Assembly: GCA_977020255.1 (NCBI GenBank)
Contig: CDROCS010000321.1
Span: forward strand, 124,001 to 188,000
Length of the DNA stretch: 64,000 bases
Direction: 5' to 3'
From: Obrimoposthia wandeli
Taxonomy: Eukaryota
Position numbers and translations under genes: made by a program. Of the stretch, positions 47,266 through 58,463 are shown in pieces (the stretch's first letter is position 1; each line of letters begins with the position of its first letter). The notes beneath the pieces were generated by a model, which worked only from the letters and a program-made list of their open reading frames with translations, was not told the DNA's origin and did no database searches.

Positions 47266-47329
47266 TATTACGGATATAAACCGCGAGTGAAATAGTACTG
47301 AAACGAGTACTAGAATTGAAAACAATAAA

Positions 47330-47373
47330 AAAGCCCCATTAAATAAACCGTTAGGAAAATTTAATGGGGCTTT
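47330..47373. terminator. Terminator between the LysR gene and the helicase gene
   Basis: AAAGCCCCATTAAAT / ATTTAATGGGGCTTT, a 15-bp inverted repeat; the A run reads as a U tract on the minus strand. Confidence 0.85.
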
Positions 47374-47419
47374 AAAGATATTTTAATCAGTTAACAAATC
47401 ATTAGATTAATGACGCTGA

Positions 47420-48739
47420 TTAGTTACCTTTACGGTGCAGTTTAGCACTTGTCTTACGGTGCTTACCTTTACCGGCTTTTTTCGTTGGTGCAGTTGTTTT
47501 TGGTTTGTGCTCAACTTTTTCTTCACCAACTGCTTTATTACGACGAGGTTGACGACGCTCATGCGAAGCACGACCACTAATGTCTGCAATAAGGCGTTCA
47601 CGGTTACTTACTTCATAACCCTTAACCATTTCACGATCAATTTTATAACCAATCAGTGTTTCGATATCCGCTAGGCCATGTTCTTCTTCACGACATACAA
47701 ATGATACTGCATTACCAGTTTCGCCAGCACGACCAGTACGGCCGATACGGTGAACGTAATCTTCCGCTAGGAATGGTAGGTCAAAGTTAACTACAAATTT
47801 AAGACCTTGAACATCAAGACCACGCGCAGCAACATCTGTCGCTACAAGTGCGCGGATTTTACCTTCTTTAAATTCAGCTAGAGCACGACGACGTGCGCCT
47901 TGGCCTTTATCACCGTGACAAACATCAGCTTTAATACCGTCAAGTTTTAATTCTTTAACGATGTTGTCTGCCGCTTCTTTAGTGTTAACAAAAACTAAAA
48001 CTTGTTTCCAATTTTTAGTACCGATTAACTCAGACAGTAACTCTTGCTTACGACGTTGCTCAACAGGATGGATGATGTGCTTGATTGTTGATGCAGTTGA
48101 ATTCTCTTTTGAAGCAGAAACGATCACTGGGTTAGACAGTAATTCATTTGCTAAATGCTTCATTTGTTGAGAAAGCGTTGCCGAGAACAGCATTGTTTGG
48201 AACTTGTTAGACATTGATTCTAAGATCTTACGGATGTCAGTAATGAAACCCATATCGAGCATACGATCGGCTTCATCAAGTACCAAGTGTTCAACGTTAG
48301 CAAGGTTAGTATTGCAAAGTTGTAGGTGTTCTAATAAACGACCTGGCGTTGCAACTAAAACATCAACACCTTGTTTAAGTTGTTTAGTTTGCGTTTCCAT
48401 TTTAGCGCCGCCATATACACTCATTACGCTAAGTGACATGAATTGGCTATACGCTTGGATGTTCTCTGTTACTTGCGCTGCAAGTTCACGGGTTGGCACT
48501 AAGATTAGCGCACGTACGTTACCAGAGTGGATGTCTTTTGGCGTATCTGCGATTTGTTGCAAGATAGGTAAAGCAAACGCGGCTGTTTTACCAGTACCTG
48601 TTTGTGCATTTGCTAGAATATCTTTACCGCGACCAGCTGCTGGAATAGCTTGCTGTTGTACAGGCGTCATTTGGTCATAATTACAAGCATCTAGCGCGCG
48701 TAAAATTTCGGGAGTAAAACTATATGATGAAAATTTCAT
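47420..48739 (-). CDS. DEAD-box RNA helicase (RhlE-like) with a basic C-terminal tail
   Basis: Q motif, AQTGTGKT, PTRELA, DEAD, SAT and HRIGRTGRAG. Confidence 0.95.
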   Translation of the reverse strand: MKFSSYSFTPEILRALDACNYDQMTPVQQQAIPAAGRGKDILANAQTGTGKTAAFALPILQQIADTPKDIHSGNVRALILVPTRELAAQVTENIQAYSQFMSLSVMSVYGGAKMETQTKQLKQGVDVLVATPGRLLEHLQLCNTNLANVEHLVLDEADRMLDMGFITDIRKILESMSNKFQTMLFSATLSQQMKHLANELLSNPVIVSASKENSTASTIKHIIHPVEQRRKQELLSELIGTKNWKQVLVFVNTKEAADNIVKELKLDGIKADVCHGDKGQGARRRALAEFKEGKIRALVATDVAARGLDVQGLKFVVNFDLPFLAEDYVHRIGRTGRAGETGNAVSFVCREEEHGLADIETLIGYKIDREMVKGYEVSNRERLIADISGRASHERRQPRRNKAVGEEKVEHKPKTTAPTKKAGKGKHRKTSAKLHRKGN

Positions 48740-48946
48740 TGAATATCCTAGCAGTTAGGCAATATGCCTCATTAGGCGGCATATTATACAGGAATAAATA
48801 ACTTAGGTGAATGTATGATTTACGTTAACAGATAAAATTTTACCGTTAAATCTCATAAATTGTTTAGATGTTAAACAAGTTTGAGCTTGGAACACACAAT
48901 CAATATGCTATAATCCGGCGCTTATATTAGCATCATAGGTTTTATA

Positions 48947-49585
48947 ATGAGTAATGAGCAAACGTTTAAACTAGTCGCAATTGAAGGTAACATCGGTGTT
49001 GGTAAGTCAACATTACTGCCTTTACTGGCTAAAGAATTAACAGAAAATGACAACGCTAACTGGCAGTTAATTTTAGAAGATGTTGATTCAGACCCTGAAT
49101 TTCAACGCTTATTACAAGCGTTTACGGTTGACGCTACACGCCGCATTGAATTTCAACGCTACATTACCAATAAAAGATCGGATATCTGTAAAGACTTAGA
49201 TCCTACGTTCAATTACATTATTGAGCGTTCATTATTTTCTGATCTTGTGTTTTGCCAAGCAAATCTAGCAGAAGCTTGCCGCCCGGATGGTAAAGATCTT
49301 GATTATTATTATGATATTCAAACAAAATTGAAAGATTACCCACGCGTATCTGCTGTGGTCTATCTACGTTGTGAAGCTGAAACTGCATACACGCGTATGC
49401 TTTCACGTGCTCGTGATGCCGAACAAGGTACGCCACGTGATTACCTGCAGTTAATTTCTGATTGTCATGATACATTCTTACCGCATATTTGCCGTAAGTA
49501 TGACACCGTATTATTGACTGAAGACTGGACTGATTTTGGTTGTCCAGCAACATTAGCTAAACGCATCATTAGCGAAGGTCTTTAG
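48947..49585 (+). CDS. Deoxynucleoside kinase (dNK family)
   Basis: IEGNIGVGKST, IERSLFSD and the lid RMLSRARDAE. Confidence 0.9.
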   Translation: MSNEQTFKLVAIEGNIGVGKSTLLPLLAKELTENDNANWQLILEDVDSDPEFQRLLQAFTVDATRRIEFQRYITNKRSDICKDLDPTFNYIIERSLFSDLVFCQANLAEACRPDGKDLDYYYDIQTKLKDYPRVSAVVYLRCEAETAYTRMLSRARDAEQGTPRDYLQLISDCHDTFLPHICRKYDTVLLTEDWTDFGCPATLAKRIISEGL

Positions 49586-49594
49586 TTTTAATTC

Positions 49595-49628
49595 AATGGT
49601 GTAGTAAATACTGCACCATTGTTATTTT
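49595..49628 (+). terminator. Terminator after the dNK gene
   Basis: AATGGTGTAGTA-aa-TACTGCACCATT followed by a T-rich tail. Confidence 0.65.
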
Positions 49629-49720
49629 ATGGTAATTAGACTAATCTGTAACTCATCATTTTCCTTCACATGGAAAGTACGATTCTATATTTGAACTGTG
49701 CTAAGTTAAGGTCTCAGTTA

Positions 49721-51454
49721 GTGAAATTATCAGCGTTACTCGCATTTTTTCTTGTTTTATCTTCTTCAACTTTCTCTCCTTCTGCGTTTGCAGTCTCAAG
49801 TGTTGACTTCGACATTAAAGGTGTCTCTGGTGATATCGAAGATAATATCGATTCATACCTATCCACAATTGCAGTTCCTAAAGGTAATAATTACACTTTC
49901 TTTGAATCAAAGGTTCGAAAAAATATTACCGAATCTATTCAAGTCTTTGGTTTTTATACGCCAGAAATAACGATTAACCTGACCTTGGATGATGATGAAT
50001 TACTTGCATTTATCAATATTAAGCTCGGTCCAAGAGTGAAACTTGCTCACGTTAATATTCAAGTTAACGGTGACGCGGGCGATGACCCCCTATTTGTGAA
50101 GTTACTTAACACTAAGCCACTTACATCTGGTACCAATTTATCGCATAAAGATTACGAAAAATTGAAAGCTGATATCACTAAGCTTGCTCTCGCACGTGGT
50201 TATTTTGATGGTAAGTGGCAAAAAAGTGAAATCCGAGTCAGTATTAAAAAACACCTAGCAGACATAGATCTTATCTTTGATAGTAAAGCGCGTTATACAT
50301 TTGGTGAATCAGTTTTATCTAATCAAACTAAATCGGCGTCAATTATCTCTGAGTTAGCGACTTTTAACGTTGGGCAAGAATACGAATCAAATTTGGTTGC
50401 TGAATACAGTTTAGCATTATTTAACAGTCGTTATTTCCAGTCCGCGTCGGTCGCGCCTGATCTAAATGCCAGGAAAGACGGTAAGGTGCCGATAATTATT
50501 ACGGTGGTTAACCACCCGAGTAATACCTATGAAGTCGGTGTTGGTTTTTTGAGTGATGTTGGTTTTAGGGGCTCGTTAGGTTGGAAGAAGCCTTGGATAA
50601 ATAGTCGTGGAGATAGTATTTCTGCGGATATTGAATATTCGACAATACAGCAAGAATTTACATTAAACTATGACATACCCATTGAAGATCCAATTACCAA
50701 TCTCGCTAAAATTCAGTTAGGTTTTCAACGTAAAGATAATAAAGATACCTACAGTAAATTATTTACGTTTCAATTACAGCGTCAGTTTGAGCTAGAATCA
50801 AAATGGTTACGTACTTGGTTTATCAAATTTGAACAAGAGGATTATACCCAAGCCAGTCAATCGGATAGTACTGTGATGGTGTTACCGGGGGTAAGCTTTG
50901 CGCGAACCAAACAACGTGGTGGTGTCGACCCTTATTGGGGGAATCAACAATTGTTTAGTTTTGAAACGGCGAGTAAATACTGGGGCGCAGATACTGACAT
51001 GCTCAAAATACAGAGCAGAACTAAATATTTACGTTCTATTAATAGAACGCATTTCTTCACTAGCCGTGTCGATCTTGGTGCTATATATGTAGACGAAATT
51101 GAAAGTGTGCCTGCCTCAATGCGTTTCTTTGCTGGTGGTAGTCAGAGTATTCGTGGCTATGATTATGAAACGGTGACGCCAGTGGATGATGCCAATGCCT
51201 ATATCGGTGGTCGCTACTTAACGGTTGGCTCGCTTGAATACGGTTATCAATTTGCTGAAAAGTGGCGTATTGGATTTTTTGCCGATGCCGGTACTTCAAC
51301 CAATGATTTCTCCGAACCTATTAGTGTCGGTATCGGTACCGGCATACGCTGGTTGACGCCTATTGGACCGGTTAAACTTGATTTTGCGGTGCCTGTTAAT
51401 TCAGATACAGATACTAAGTATACTTTTCACCTGTACATCGGACCGGAATTGTAA
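49721..51454 (+). CDS. tamA: Translocation and assembly module outer-membrane subunit TamA (GTG 49721 probable start)
   Basis: Three POTRA-like domains, the Omp85 barrel motif RFFAGGSQSIRGY and C-terminal HLYIGPEL. Confidence 0.95.
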   Translation: MKLSALLAFFLVLSSSTFSPSAFAVSSVDFDIKGVSGDIEDNIDSYLSTIAVPKGNNYTFFESKVRKNITESIQVFGFYTPEITINLTLDDDELLAFINIKLGPRVKLAHVNIQVNGDAGDDPLFVKLLNTKPLTSGTNLSHKDYEKLKADITKLALARGYFDGKWQKSEIRVSIKKHLADIDLIFDSKARYTFGESVLSNQTKSASIISELATFNVGQEYESNLVAEYSLALFNSRYFQSASVAPDLNARKDGKVPIIITVVNHPSNTYEVGVGFLSDVGFRGSLGWKKPWINSRGDSISADIEYSTIQQEFTLNYDIPIEDPITNLAKIQLGFQRKDNKDTYSKLFTFQLQRQFELESKWLRTWFIKFEQEDYTQASQSDSTVMVLPGVSFARTKQRGGVDPYWGNQQLFSFETASKYWGADTDMLKIQSRTKYLRSINRTHFFTSRVDLGAIYVDEIESVPASMRFFAGGSQSIRGYDYETVTPVDDANAYIGGRYLTVGSLEYGYQFAEKWRIGFFADAGTSTNDFSEPISVGIGTGIRWLTPIGPVKLDFAVPVNSDTDTKYTFHLYIGPEL

Positions 51455-54400
51455 TGCGTTTTTTTCAAATCATAATTGCCTTACTAATCGTTATTCTTGG
51501 TGGCTTTATAGCGTTACTGAGTAGTCATGCTGGTAACCAATACATTATTAATAAATTGAATAAAACCGACTTGCCACTTCATCTGGTTTTAGAGCAGGGC
51601 ACGGTATTAAGCCAAGCGCGCTGGAAAGAAATTAATTGGCAAGGTGATTTACTGCAACTGGCGATTACAGATTTAGATTACGATATCGACCTATCTTGTT
51701 TATTCAGTGGCGAGGTTTGCATTAATTCAATTAACGCTGCGGCAGTTAGTTATTCGATGGCACTTAAAAAACAACCACAGGTACTTTTAGGCATAGATTT
51801 AGGTGATGCTTTAACCCGTATCGCAGCGCTAGATGATCAAATTAGTAATAACGATTGGCAACTTAATATCCCGCTGTTTATCCGTGTGAAGGGCATCGAT
51901 ATTCATAATATCAATGTTGAAATTGCCAATACCAGCATCACTGCCGATCGACTCGAAGGTGCGGTCAATTTATCTGGACGTGATATCACCGTCACAACAC
52001 TTCGCACCACCAATGTGTTTGTTCAAGTCATGACGGGAATAACAGACGATAATACTGTCGATAGTACTGTTGAAAGTACTGTTGAAAGTACTGTTGAAAT
52101 TAAACCCGAAAAAGCTATCGTTGAAAGTAATAAACAGTTAGATATCGTCTCTGAACTATTAAATGAATTTTCACTTTATCAAGTCTCTATCCCATTACGT
52201 GTCGATGTACACGATGCAACATTATTGCAATCTAAGCTCCAAGTTAATGACTTATTTCTGGATTTCAACGTCATCGATTTAATCGGTTTTATTGATGCTG
52301 GCGAGGTGGGTATTGAAAAACTAAATGTTGATATGCCACAGGCTGATACCAGCTTAACAGGTCAAATCGTGTTACAACAAGGCTACCCTTTGTTTGTAAA
52401 TATTAACTCGGTATTCAAACAACCTGAAGTATTGAATCAGTTAGTCGTCGATGTGCAAGCTGGTGGTAGTCTTGATAAAATCAATCTGGCTGTTAAAACC
52501 TCAGGCCCTATCAATACCAATATTAATGCGTCGTTATCGCCGTTAAAACCTGCGTTACCGTTTTCTGTTGATGCAGATTGGCAACAGTTAGGTTGGCCAT
52601 TACGGTCTCCTGCCACGATAAAAACGACAGACGGTTCGTTATCGTTACAAGGTGATTTAGACGACTATAATATTGCTATTACTGGCCTACTTGATATTGA
52701 TAATGCCCCGTTATTCGATCTTGATGCGAAAGGAAAAGGTAATTTTAACGGTCTCTCACTTTCAACTATCAAGGCTAAGACTTTAGGCGGTAAAGTGGCC
52801 GCTTCAGCTAAGGTGGATTGGGTTGATGGTATTACGGTTACCAGTAAACTTTCGACGAGTGGCGTGCAATTAGACAAATACTGGCCTGCAGTAAAGCTAA
52901 AACCAAGCGGTGATGCACGCGTTGATTTTAAGCTCGAGTCAGAATCCAATAATAATTGGCTTGTCGATGTGCATGATATTAATGTTGCCGCAGATGTTGA
53001 AGGTTATCCACTCACTCTGAAGGGACAGCTTACGTTAAACCAAGATTTGTATTGGCATTTGAATAATTTCTCTCTTTTGCGTGGTGACGATTCGATTCAA
53101 TTGGACGGCATCATTAACGAGCAATTCAAGCTAGGTGGTGAAGTTGATGTAAAATCATTCGCACCTTATCTTGCAGGAAGTGAAGGCAGTGCTTTTGGTT
53201 ATTTTACTGTTATCGGTCATCAATCTAAGCCTTGGTTAAACTTCGACTTTTTTACGGATAATGTCTCTTTAGAAGACAATGAATTAAAACGTGCAGAATT
53301 AAATGGTCGTATTAGTTTAACAGAGCGACCAGAAGGCGTGATCTCATTCTCGGGTGAAGAAATAAGCATTGGCGATCAGGTTATTAATAATATCGACGTG
53401 GATTATAAAGCAGAGAACAATCGTAATAGTATTAGCCTCAATGTTGAAAATGATAAAAACAACGCACAATTAAAGATAGCTGGATCTTGGTTGGGTGATA
53501 CTTGGCAGGGCAAAGTGACTAAAGGACGGCTTAATACCGACTATGGTAGTTGGATAATCGATCCAAATGTGCAATTTTCATATGCAAGTAAAGACAATTA
53601 CCTTTCTCTTGATCAACATTGTTGGAATGAAAAGCAAGCAACGCTTTGTTTAGGTTTTGATGGCAAGCTTGATCAAGCAGATAAATTTGAATTCCAATTA
53701 CATGACTATGATATTAATAAGTTGAAATTAGAAACGGCGAATAACCTTGAAATTGAAGGCTTACTGAATATCGAGAGTCAAGTGACTTGGCGTAAAGGCG
53801 CTCCATTTAAATTAGACTCTGAAATGAGTATCATCAATGGTTCGGCACTTATTTATAATGAAGAAGAAAGTAATGCGGCTAATTTTGAAACGTTGACAAT
53901 GAACATTGCTTTAGACGATTCCAGGTTATCAGTCAAAGCCGATATTAAGTCTCGGGAGTTAGGTGGCGTTACTGCTGATATCCATATAGATGATGTATTT
54001 GCTACACGGGAACTGAGCGGTGATATAAATATTGTTGATATTGATCTGGCATTCATTGAACCGTTAATTTATCAAATTGATGTACTTAATGGTGTAGTGT
54101 CTGGCGCTGGTATCATAGATGGAACGCTAGATAAACCTGAAGTGATTGGCCAATTTAATGTTAACAATGGCTATTTAGCCGGAGACGAATTACCGGTCAC
54201 ATTGGAAAGTTTTCAATTCAATATTGAGTCGAGTGGTCAGCATGCCAGTATTACCGGTACTGCTAATTCAGGCAAGGGGCTAGCCAAAGCCGTTGGTAGT
54301 CTCTCTTGGGGAGATTCGTTCAGCTACGAAATACTTCTTCATGGTGATAATTTTGAATTTGATGATAATAAAGGGGTTAAATTAAATTTCAGCCCAAAAA

Positions 54401-55275
54401 TTAAAATTGCAGGGAATGATGTTGGTGCTAAAATTACCGGTGATATTGTTATCCCGTATGCGTTAATTAAAGTTGAGCAATTACCACAGAGTGCGATCCA
54501 AGTATCTAATGATGTCATCATTATTGATGCCGATAAACCTGTTGGTAATAAATCCTATCCCCTTGATATTAAAGTTAATATTAAGCTGTTAGATGATGTT
54601 AAAATTGATTCATTTGGTCTGAAGTCTAATATAACTGGTGCGGTAAGCATAGTACTCGATGAAGATGGTAACTTGTTTTCTGACGGTATGCTGGAGTTTG
54701 AAAATGGCCGTTACCGCTCATTTGGACAAGACCTTTCTATTCGTACGGGTCAAGTTGTGTTCTCTGGCTCGATGGATAATCCACTCATTAATGTTGAAGC
54801 GATACGCAATACTGAGCTGACAGAAGATAACGTAATTGTCGGGGTCCGCCTAATTGGTCGCGCTAAAAAACCGACATTTACTCTCTTTTCAGAACCAGAT
54901 ATGGAACAGACTCGTATGATTTCATATTTGCTACGTGGTCGCGATGTCGGTTCTGAAGATGAGACCAGCCAGGATGATGTTATTAAGACATTGCTTATTA
55001 GCTCAAGTCTCGGTCAAGGTGAGGGGGTTATCGGCTTTGTCGGTGATACATTAGGTGTTAAAGATTTTGCTATTGATACTCAAGGGCAGGGCAGTGATAC
55101 GCGTGTTGAAATGAGCGGTTATGTATTACCTGGTGTGCAGATCCGGTATGGTATCGGTATATTCTCAGAACTGAGTGAAGTGATTGTGCGATATGAGATC
55201 ATACCTAAACTTTATATCGAGTTGATGAGTGGTGTTGATAGCGCGGTTGATGTGTATTATAAATTTAGCCGTTAA
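51454..55275 (+). CDS. tamB: Translocation and assembly module subunit TamB
   Basis: N-terminal anchor and a C-terminal DUF490 region (GRYRSFGQDL, VDVYYKF); 1-bp overlap with tamA. Confidence 0.95.
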   Translation: MRFFQIIIALLIVILGGFIALLSSHAGNQYIINKLNKTDLPLHLVLEQGTVLSQARWKEINWQGDLLQLAITDLDYDIDLSCLFSGEVCINSINAAAVSYSMALKKQPQVLLGIDLGDALTRIAALDDQISNNDWQLNIPLFIRVKGIDIHNINVEIANTSITADRLEGAVNLSGRDITVTTLRTTNVFVQVMTGITDDNTVDSTVESTVESTVEIKPEKAIVESNKQLDIVSELLNEFSLYQVSIPLRVDVHDATLLQSKLQVNDLFLDFNVIDLIGFIDAGEVGIEKLNVDMPQADTSLTGQIVLQQGYPLFVNINSVFKQPEVLNQLVVDVQAGGSLDKINLAVKTSGPINTNINASLSPLKPALPFSVDADWQQLGWPLRSPATIKTTDGSLSLQGDLDDYNIAITGLLDIDNAPLFDLDAKGKGNFNGLSLSTIKAKTLGGKVAASAKVDWVDGITVTSKLSTSGVQLDKYWPAVKLKPSGDARVDFKLESESNNNWLVDVHDINVAADVEGYPLTLKGQLTLNQDLYWHLNNFSLLRGDDSIQLDGIINEQFKLGGEVDVKSFAPYLAGSEGSAFGYFTVIGHQSKPWLNFDFFTDNVSLEDNELKRAELNGRISLTERPEGVISFSGEEISIGDQVINNIDVDYKAENNRNSISLNVENDKNNAQLKIAGSWLGDTWQGKVTKGRLNTDYGSWIIDPNVQFSYASKDNYLSLDQHCWNEKQATLCLGFDGKLDQADKFEFQLHDYDINKLKLETANNLEIEGLLNIESQVTWRKGAPFKLDSEMSIINGSALIYNEEESNAANFETLTMNIALDDSRLSVKADIKSRELGGVTADIHIDDVFATRELSGDINIVDIDLAFIEPLIYQIDVLNGVVSGAGIIDGTLDKPEVIGQFNVNNGYLAGDELPVTLESFQFNIESSGQHASITGTANSGKGLAKAVGSLSWGDSFSYEILLHGDNFEFDDNKGVKLNFSPKIKIAGNDVGAKITGDIVIPYALIKVEQLPQSAIQVSNDVIIIDADKPVGNKSYPLDIKVNIKLLDDVKIDSFGLKSNITGAVSIVLDEDGNLFSDGMLEFENGRYRSFGQDLSIRTGQVVFSGSMDNPLINVEAIRNTELTEDNVIVGVRLIGRAKKPTFTLFSEPDMEQTRMISYLLRGRDVGSEDETSQDDVIKTLLISSSLGQGEGVIGFVGDTLGVKDFAIDTQGQGSDTRVEMSGYVLPGVQIRYGIGIFSELSEVIVRYEIIPKLYIELMSGVDSAVDVYYKFSR
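52054..52101 (+). repeat. In-frame 12-bp tandem repeat x4 in tamB (TVDS-TVES-TVES-TVEI)
   Basis: ACTGTCGATAGT, ACTGTTGAAAGT x2 and ACTGTTGAAATT. Confidence 0.9.
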
Positions 55276-55298
55276 TTTAGCATCATTTAAAATTTGAT

Positions 55299-55321
55299 AA
55301 AAAGCAGCCAGGCTGCTTTTT
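55299..55321. terminator. Bidirectional terminator between tamB and cspD
   Basis: AAAAAGCAGCC-A-GGCTGCTTTTT. Confidence 0.88.
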
Positions 55322-55339
55322 ATCACGGTAAGAGACACG

Positions 55340-55561
55340 TTATTCTATTTCGCTTGCCTCATGCGTTGAAATGGAAATAGCGTGAGAACCTTTTGGCCCT
55401 TCGTCTATTTCATAATCTACCATTTGTCCCGCTTTTAATGTGCGATATCCATCCATCTGTATGATCGAAAAATGTGCGAACACATCATCACCACCAGATT
55501 CAGGGCAAATGAAACCGAATCCTTTTGCATTGTTGAACCATTTAACCGTACCGGTTGCCAT
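55340..55561 (-). CDS. cspD: Cold-shock domain protein CspD (start moved to ATG 55561)
   Basis: GTVKWFNNAKGFGFI and IQMDGYRTLKAGQ; conserved cspD-clpS-clpA arrangement. Confidence 0.96.
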   Translation of the reverse strand: MATGTVKWFNNAKGFGFICPESGGDDVFAHFSIIQMDGYRTLKAGQMVDYEIDEGPKGSHAISISTHEASEIE

Positions 55562-55826
55562 ACTTCTGCATCCTTTCTGTAATTGCAAATTGTTTGATTA
55601 CTAAACTGTCTCGCCCCCTTTTTAATCTGAGGGGTTATAGATGTATATAACGATTAACGTAGCAGGTTGCCGCGATGTTAATTTTATTATTCATCTTGTT
55701 AATAAATTTAGTTTATTCGCGATTATAGTCAAGTTAATATTCCTAAAAATGACTAAAATGGGGTAAACTTAGTCGAAAGGTTGAAACTTATTAGCCCAAA
55801 TCTGTGATAGGTACTAAGATATAATT

Positions 55827-56141
55827 ATGAGTAAGTTAGATGAACTGATTGATTTCAAAACAAGTATAGAAAGTGAGATAGAACTCAAACCACCTTCATT
55901 TTACAAAGTGTTTTTGAATAATGATGACTATACTCCAATGGATTTCGTTGTAGATGTACTACAAAGGTTTTTTTCTATGGATATAGATAAGGCTAACCAA
56001 ATCATGTTAACTGTGCATTATCGGGGCAGGGGGGTTTGTGGTGTATTTACGGCTGAGATAGCCGAGACAAAAGTATCACAGGTGATGCAATATGCGAAAG
56101 ACAACGAACAGTCCTTATTATGTACCATGGAACAAGCATAA
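55827..56141 (+). CDS. clpS: ClpAP adaptor ClpS
   Basis: [21 protein letters not shown] and LCTMEQA motifs. Confidence 0.97.
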   Translation: MSKLDELIDFKTSIESEIELKPPSFYKVFLNNDDYTPMDFVVDVLQRFFSMDIDKANQIMLTVHYRGRGVCGVFTAEIAETKVSQVMQYAKDNEQSLLCTMEQA

Positions 56142-56189
56142 GCGTAATGGTAATAATGTTACGCAACACGTAGTTATAGGGAGATGCCT

Positions 56190-58463
56190 ATGTTAAGCAA
56201 AGATCTTGAAATTACGCTCAATGAAGCGTTTAAAACTGCACGTGAAAATCGTCATGAATTTATGACGGTTGAACACCTACTGGTTTCACTATTAAGTAAC
56301 AAATCTGCCTGCGAAGCAATTAAAGGCTGTTCTGGTGATATCGATGCTATTCGTGATGAATTACTGCTGTTTTTAGAACAAACAACACCGATCCTACCTG
56401 AGTCAGACGATGACAGAGAAACACAACCTACGCTTGGTTTTCAGCGAGTATTACAACGTGCAGTGTTTCATGTTCAGTCTTCAGGCAACAATGAAGTAAC
56501 TGGTGCAAATGTACTTGTCGCTATCTTTAGTGAACAAGAATCACAAGCTGCTTATATTTTGAAAAAATCAGGCATGAGCCGCTTAGACGTTATTAATTTT
56601 ATTTCACACGGTATTCGTAAAAACGATGAAGAACCCGGTGTTGAAGACAGTAATGATGTATCCGAACAAGCAGTTAATGATAGTGACGATCAATCAACAC
56701 AACTTGAAAACTTTTCATCTAACCTAAATAAATTGGTTGTTGAAGGGCGTATTGATCCGCTTATTGGCCGTGATGAAGAGCTTAACCGAACGATTCAAAT
56801 CCTATGTCGTCGCCGTAAGAATAATCCATTATTAGTGGGTGAAGCTGGTGTGGGTAAAACCGCGATTGCTGAAGGCCTCGCCTATAGAATTGTAAACGAA
56901 GAAGTACCTGATGTAATGAAAAATACCCAGGTATTCTCACTCGATCTTGGTGCGCTACTTGCTGGTACTAAGTACCGTGGTGATTTTGAAAAACGCTTCA
57001 AGTCGTTACTCAAGCAGTTACAAAAACACGATGATGCTATTTTATTTATCGATGAAATCCATACCATCATTGGTGCGGGTGCCGCGTCGGGTGGTCAACT
57101 TGATGCCGCAAACTTAATTAAGCCACTACTCAGTAATGGTACATTGCGCTGTATTGGTTCAACGACGTATTCGGAATACAGTCAAATTTTTGAAAAAGAC
57201 AGTGCATTAGCACGACGCTTCCAAAAAGTAGACGTTGTAGAGCCATCGATAGATGATACGGTGAAGATCCTGCTAGGGTTGAAATCACGATACGAAGAAC
57301 ATCATGATGTACGCTATACCGCGAAAGCGTTACGTGCGGCCACAGAGTTATCTGCGAAGTATATTAATGAACGTCAATTACCTGATAAAGCCATTGATGT
57401 GATGGATGAAGCGGGTGCGAAACAGCGTTTATTACCTGTTGGCAAACGTAAAAAAACGATCGGTATTAGTGAAGTTGAGTCTATTGTTGCAAAAATGGCT
57501 CGAATTCCAGAGAAATCTGTGTCATCCAATGATCGCGATGTACTTAAAAACTTAGAACGAAATCTGAAAATGGTTGTTTTCGGTCAAGACCCTGCGATTG
57601 AAGTGCTGACTGATGCGATCCGTTTATCACGTTCTGGTCTAGGTGCAGAGAAAAAACCAATTGGTTCATTCTTGTTTGCTGGTCCTACCGGTGTTGGTAA
57701 AACGGAAGTTACACAACGTTTAGCCAAAATTATGGGTGTTGAGCTGATTCGTTTTGATATGTCTGAGTATATGGAAAGTCATACTGTATCTCGCCTTATT
57801 GGTGCGCCTCCTGGTTATGTCGGTTACGATCAAGGTGGTTTATTAACGGACGCTGTTATCAAACAGCCACACGCTGTTGTACTTTTGGATGAAATCGAAA
57901 AAGCACATCCAGATGTATTTAACTTGTTATTACAAGTGATGGATAACGGTACATTAACGGATAATAACGGCCGCAAAGCTGACTTCCGTAATATCATTCT
58001 CGTGATGACGACCAATGCGGGTGCCGCTGAAACTGTTCGTCAATCGATTGGTTTTAAAGAACAAGACAATAACAGCGATGCGTTAGGGGAAGTAAACAAA
58101 CTGTTTGCACCTGAATTCCGTAATCGTCTTGATAATATTATTTGGTTTAATCACCTAAATATGGATGTTATCCATATGGTTGTTGATAAATTCTTGGTTG
58201 AATTAGAAGCACAATTAGATGATAAACAAGTTGCCTTGAATGTGTCTAATGAAGCACGTAAATGGTTAGCGAATAAAGGTTATGATAAAACCATGGGTGC
58301 AAGGCCAATGGCACGTGTTATTCAAGATAAAATTAAGCGTAACCTCGCTAATGAAATCTTGTTTGGCAAACTGTCTAATGGTGGCGCCGTTGACATTCAG
58401 CTAAAAGATGATGAGTTAACGTTTACCTATACTGATGTTAAGGTGACAGCAACAGAAACTTAA
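56190..58463 (+). CDS. clpA: ATP-dependent Clp protease ATPase subunit ClpA (start ATG 56190)
   Basis: HEFMTVEHLL, GEAGVGKT, GPTGVGKT and GARPMARV motifs. Confidence 0.98.
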   Translation: MLSKDLEITLNEAFKTARENRHEFMTVEHLLVSLLSNKSACEAIKGCSGDIDAIRDELLLFLEQTTPILPESDDDRETQPTLGFQRVLQRAVFHVQSSGNNEVTGANVLVAIFSEQESQAAYILKKSGMSRLDVINFISHGIRKNDEEPGVEDSNDVSEQAVNDSDDQSTQLENFSSNLNKLVVEGRIDPLIGRDEELNRTIQILCRRRKNNPLLVGEAGVGKTAIAEGLAYRIVNEEVPDVMKNTQVFSLDLGALLAGTKYRGDFEKRFKSLLKQLQKHDDAILFIDEIHTIIGAGAASGGQLDAANLIKPLLSNGTLRCIGSTTYSEYSQIFEKDSALARRFQKVDVVEPSIDDTVKILLGLKSRYEEHHDVRYTAKALRAATELSAKYINERQLPDKAIDVMDEAGAKQRLLPVGKRKKTIGISEVESIVAKMARIPEKSVSSNDRDVLKNLERNLKMVVFGQDPAIEVLTDAIRLSRSGLGAEKKPIGSFLFAGPTGVGKTEVTQRLAKIMGVELIRFDMSEYMESHTVSRLIGAPPGYVGYDQGGLLTDAVIKQPHAVVLLDEIEKAHPDVFNLLLQVMDNGTLTDNNGRKADFRNIILVMTTNAGAAETVRQSIGFKEQDNNSDALGEVNKLFAPEFRNRLDNIIWFNHLNMDVIHMVVDKFLVELEAQLDDKQVALNVSNEARKWLANKGYDKTMGARPMARVIQDKIKRNLANEILFGKLSNGGAVDIQLKDDELTFTYTDVKVTATET

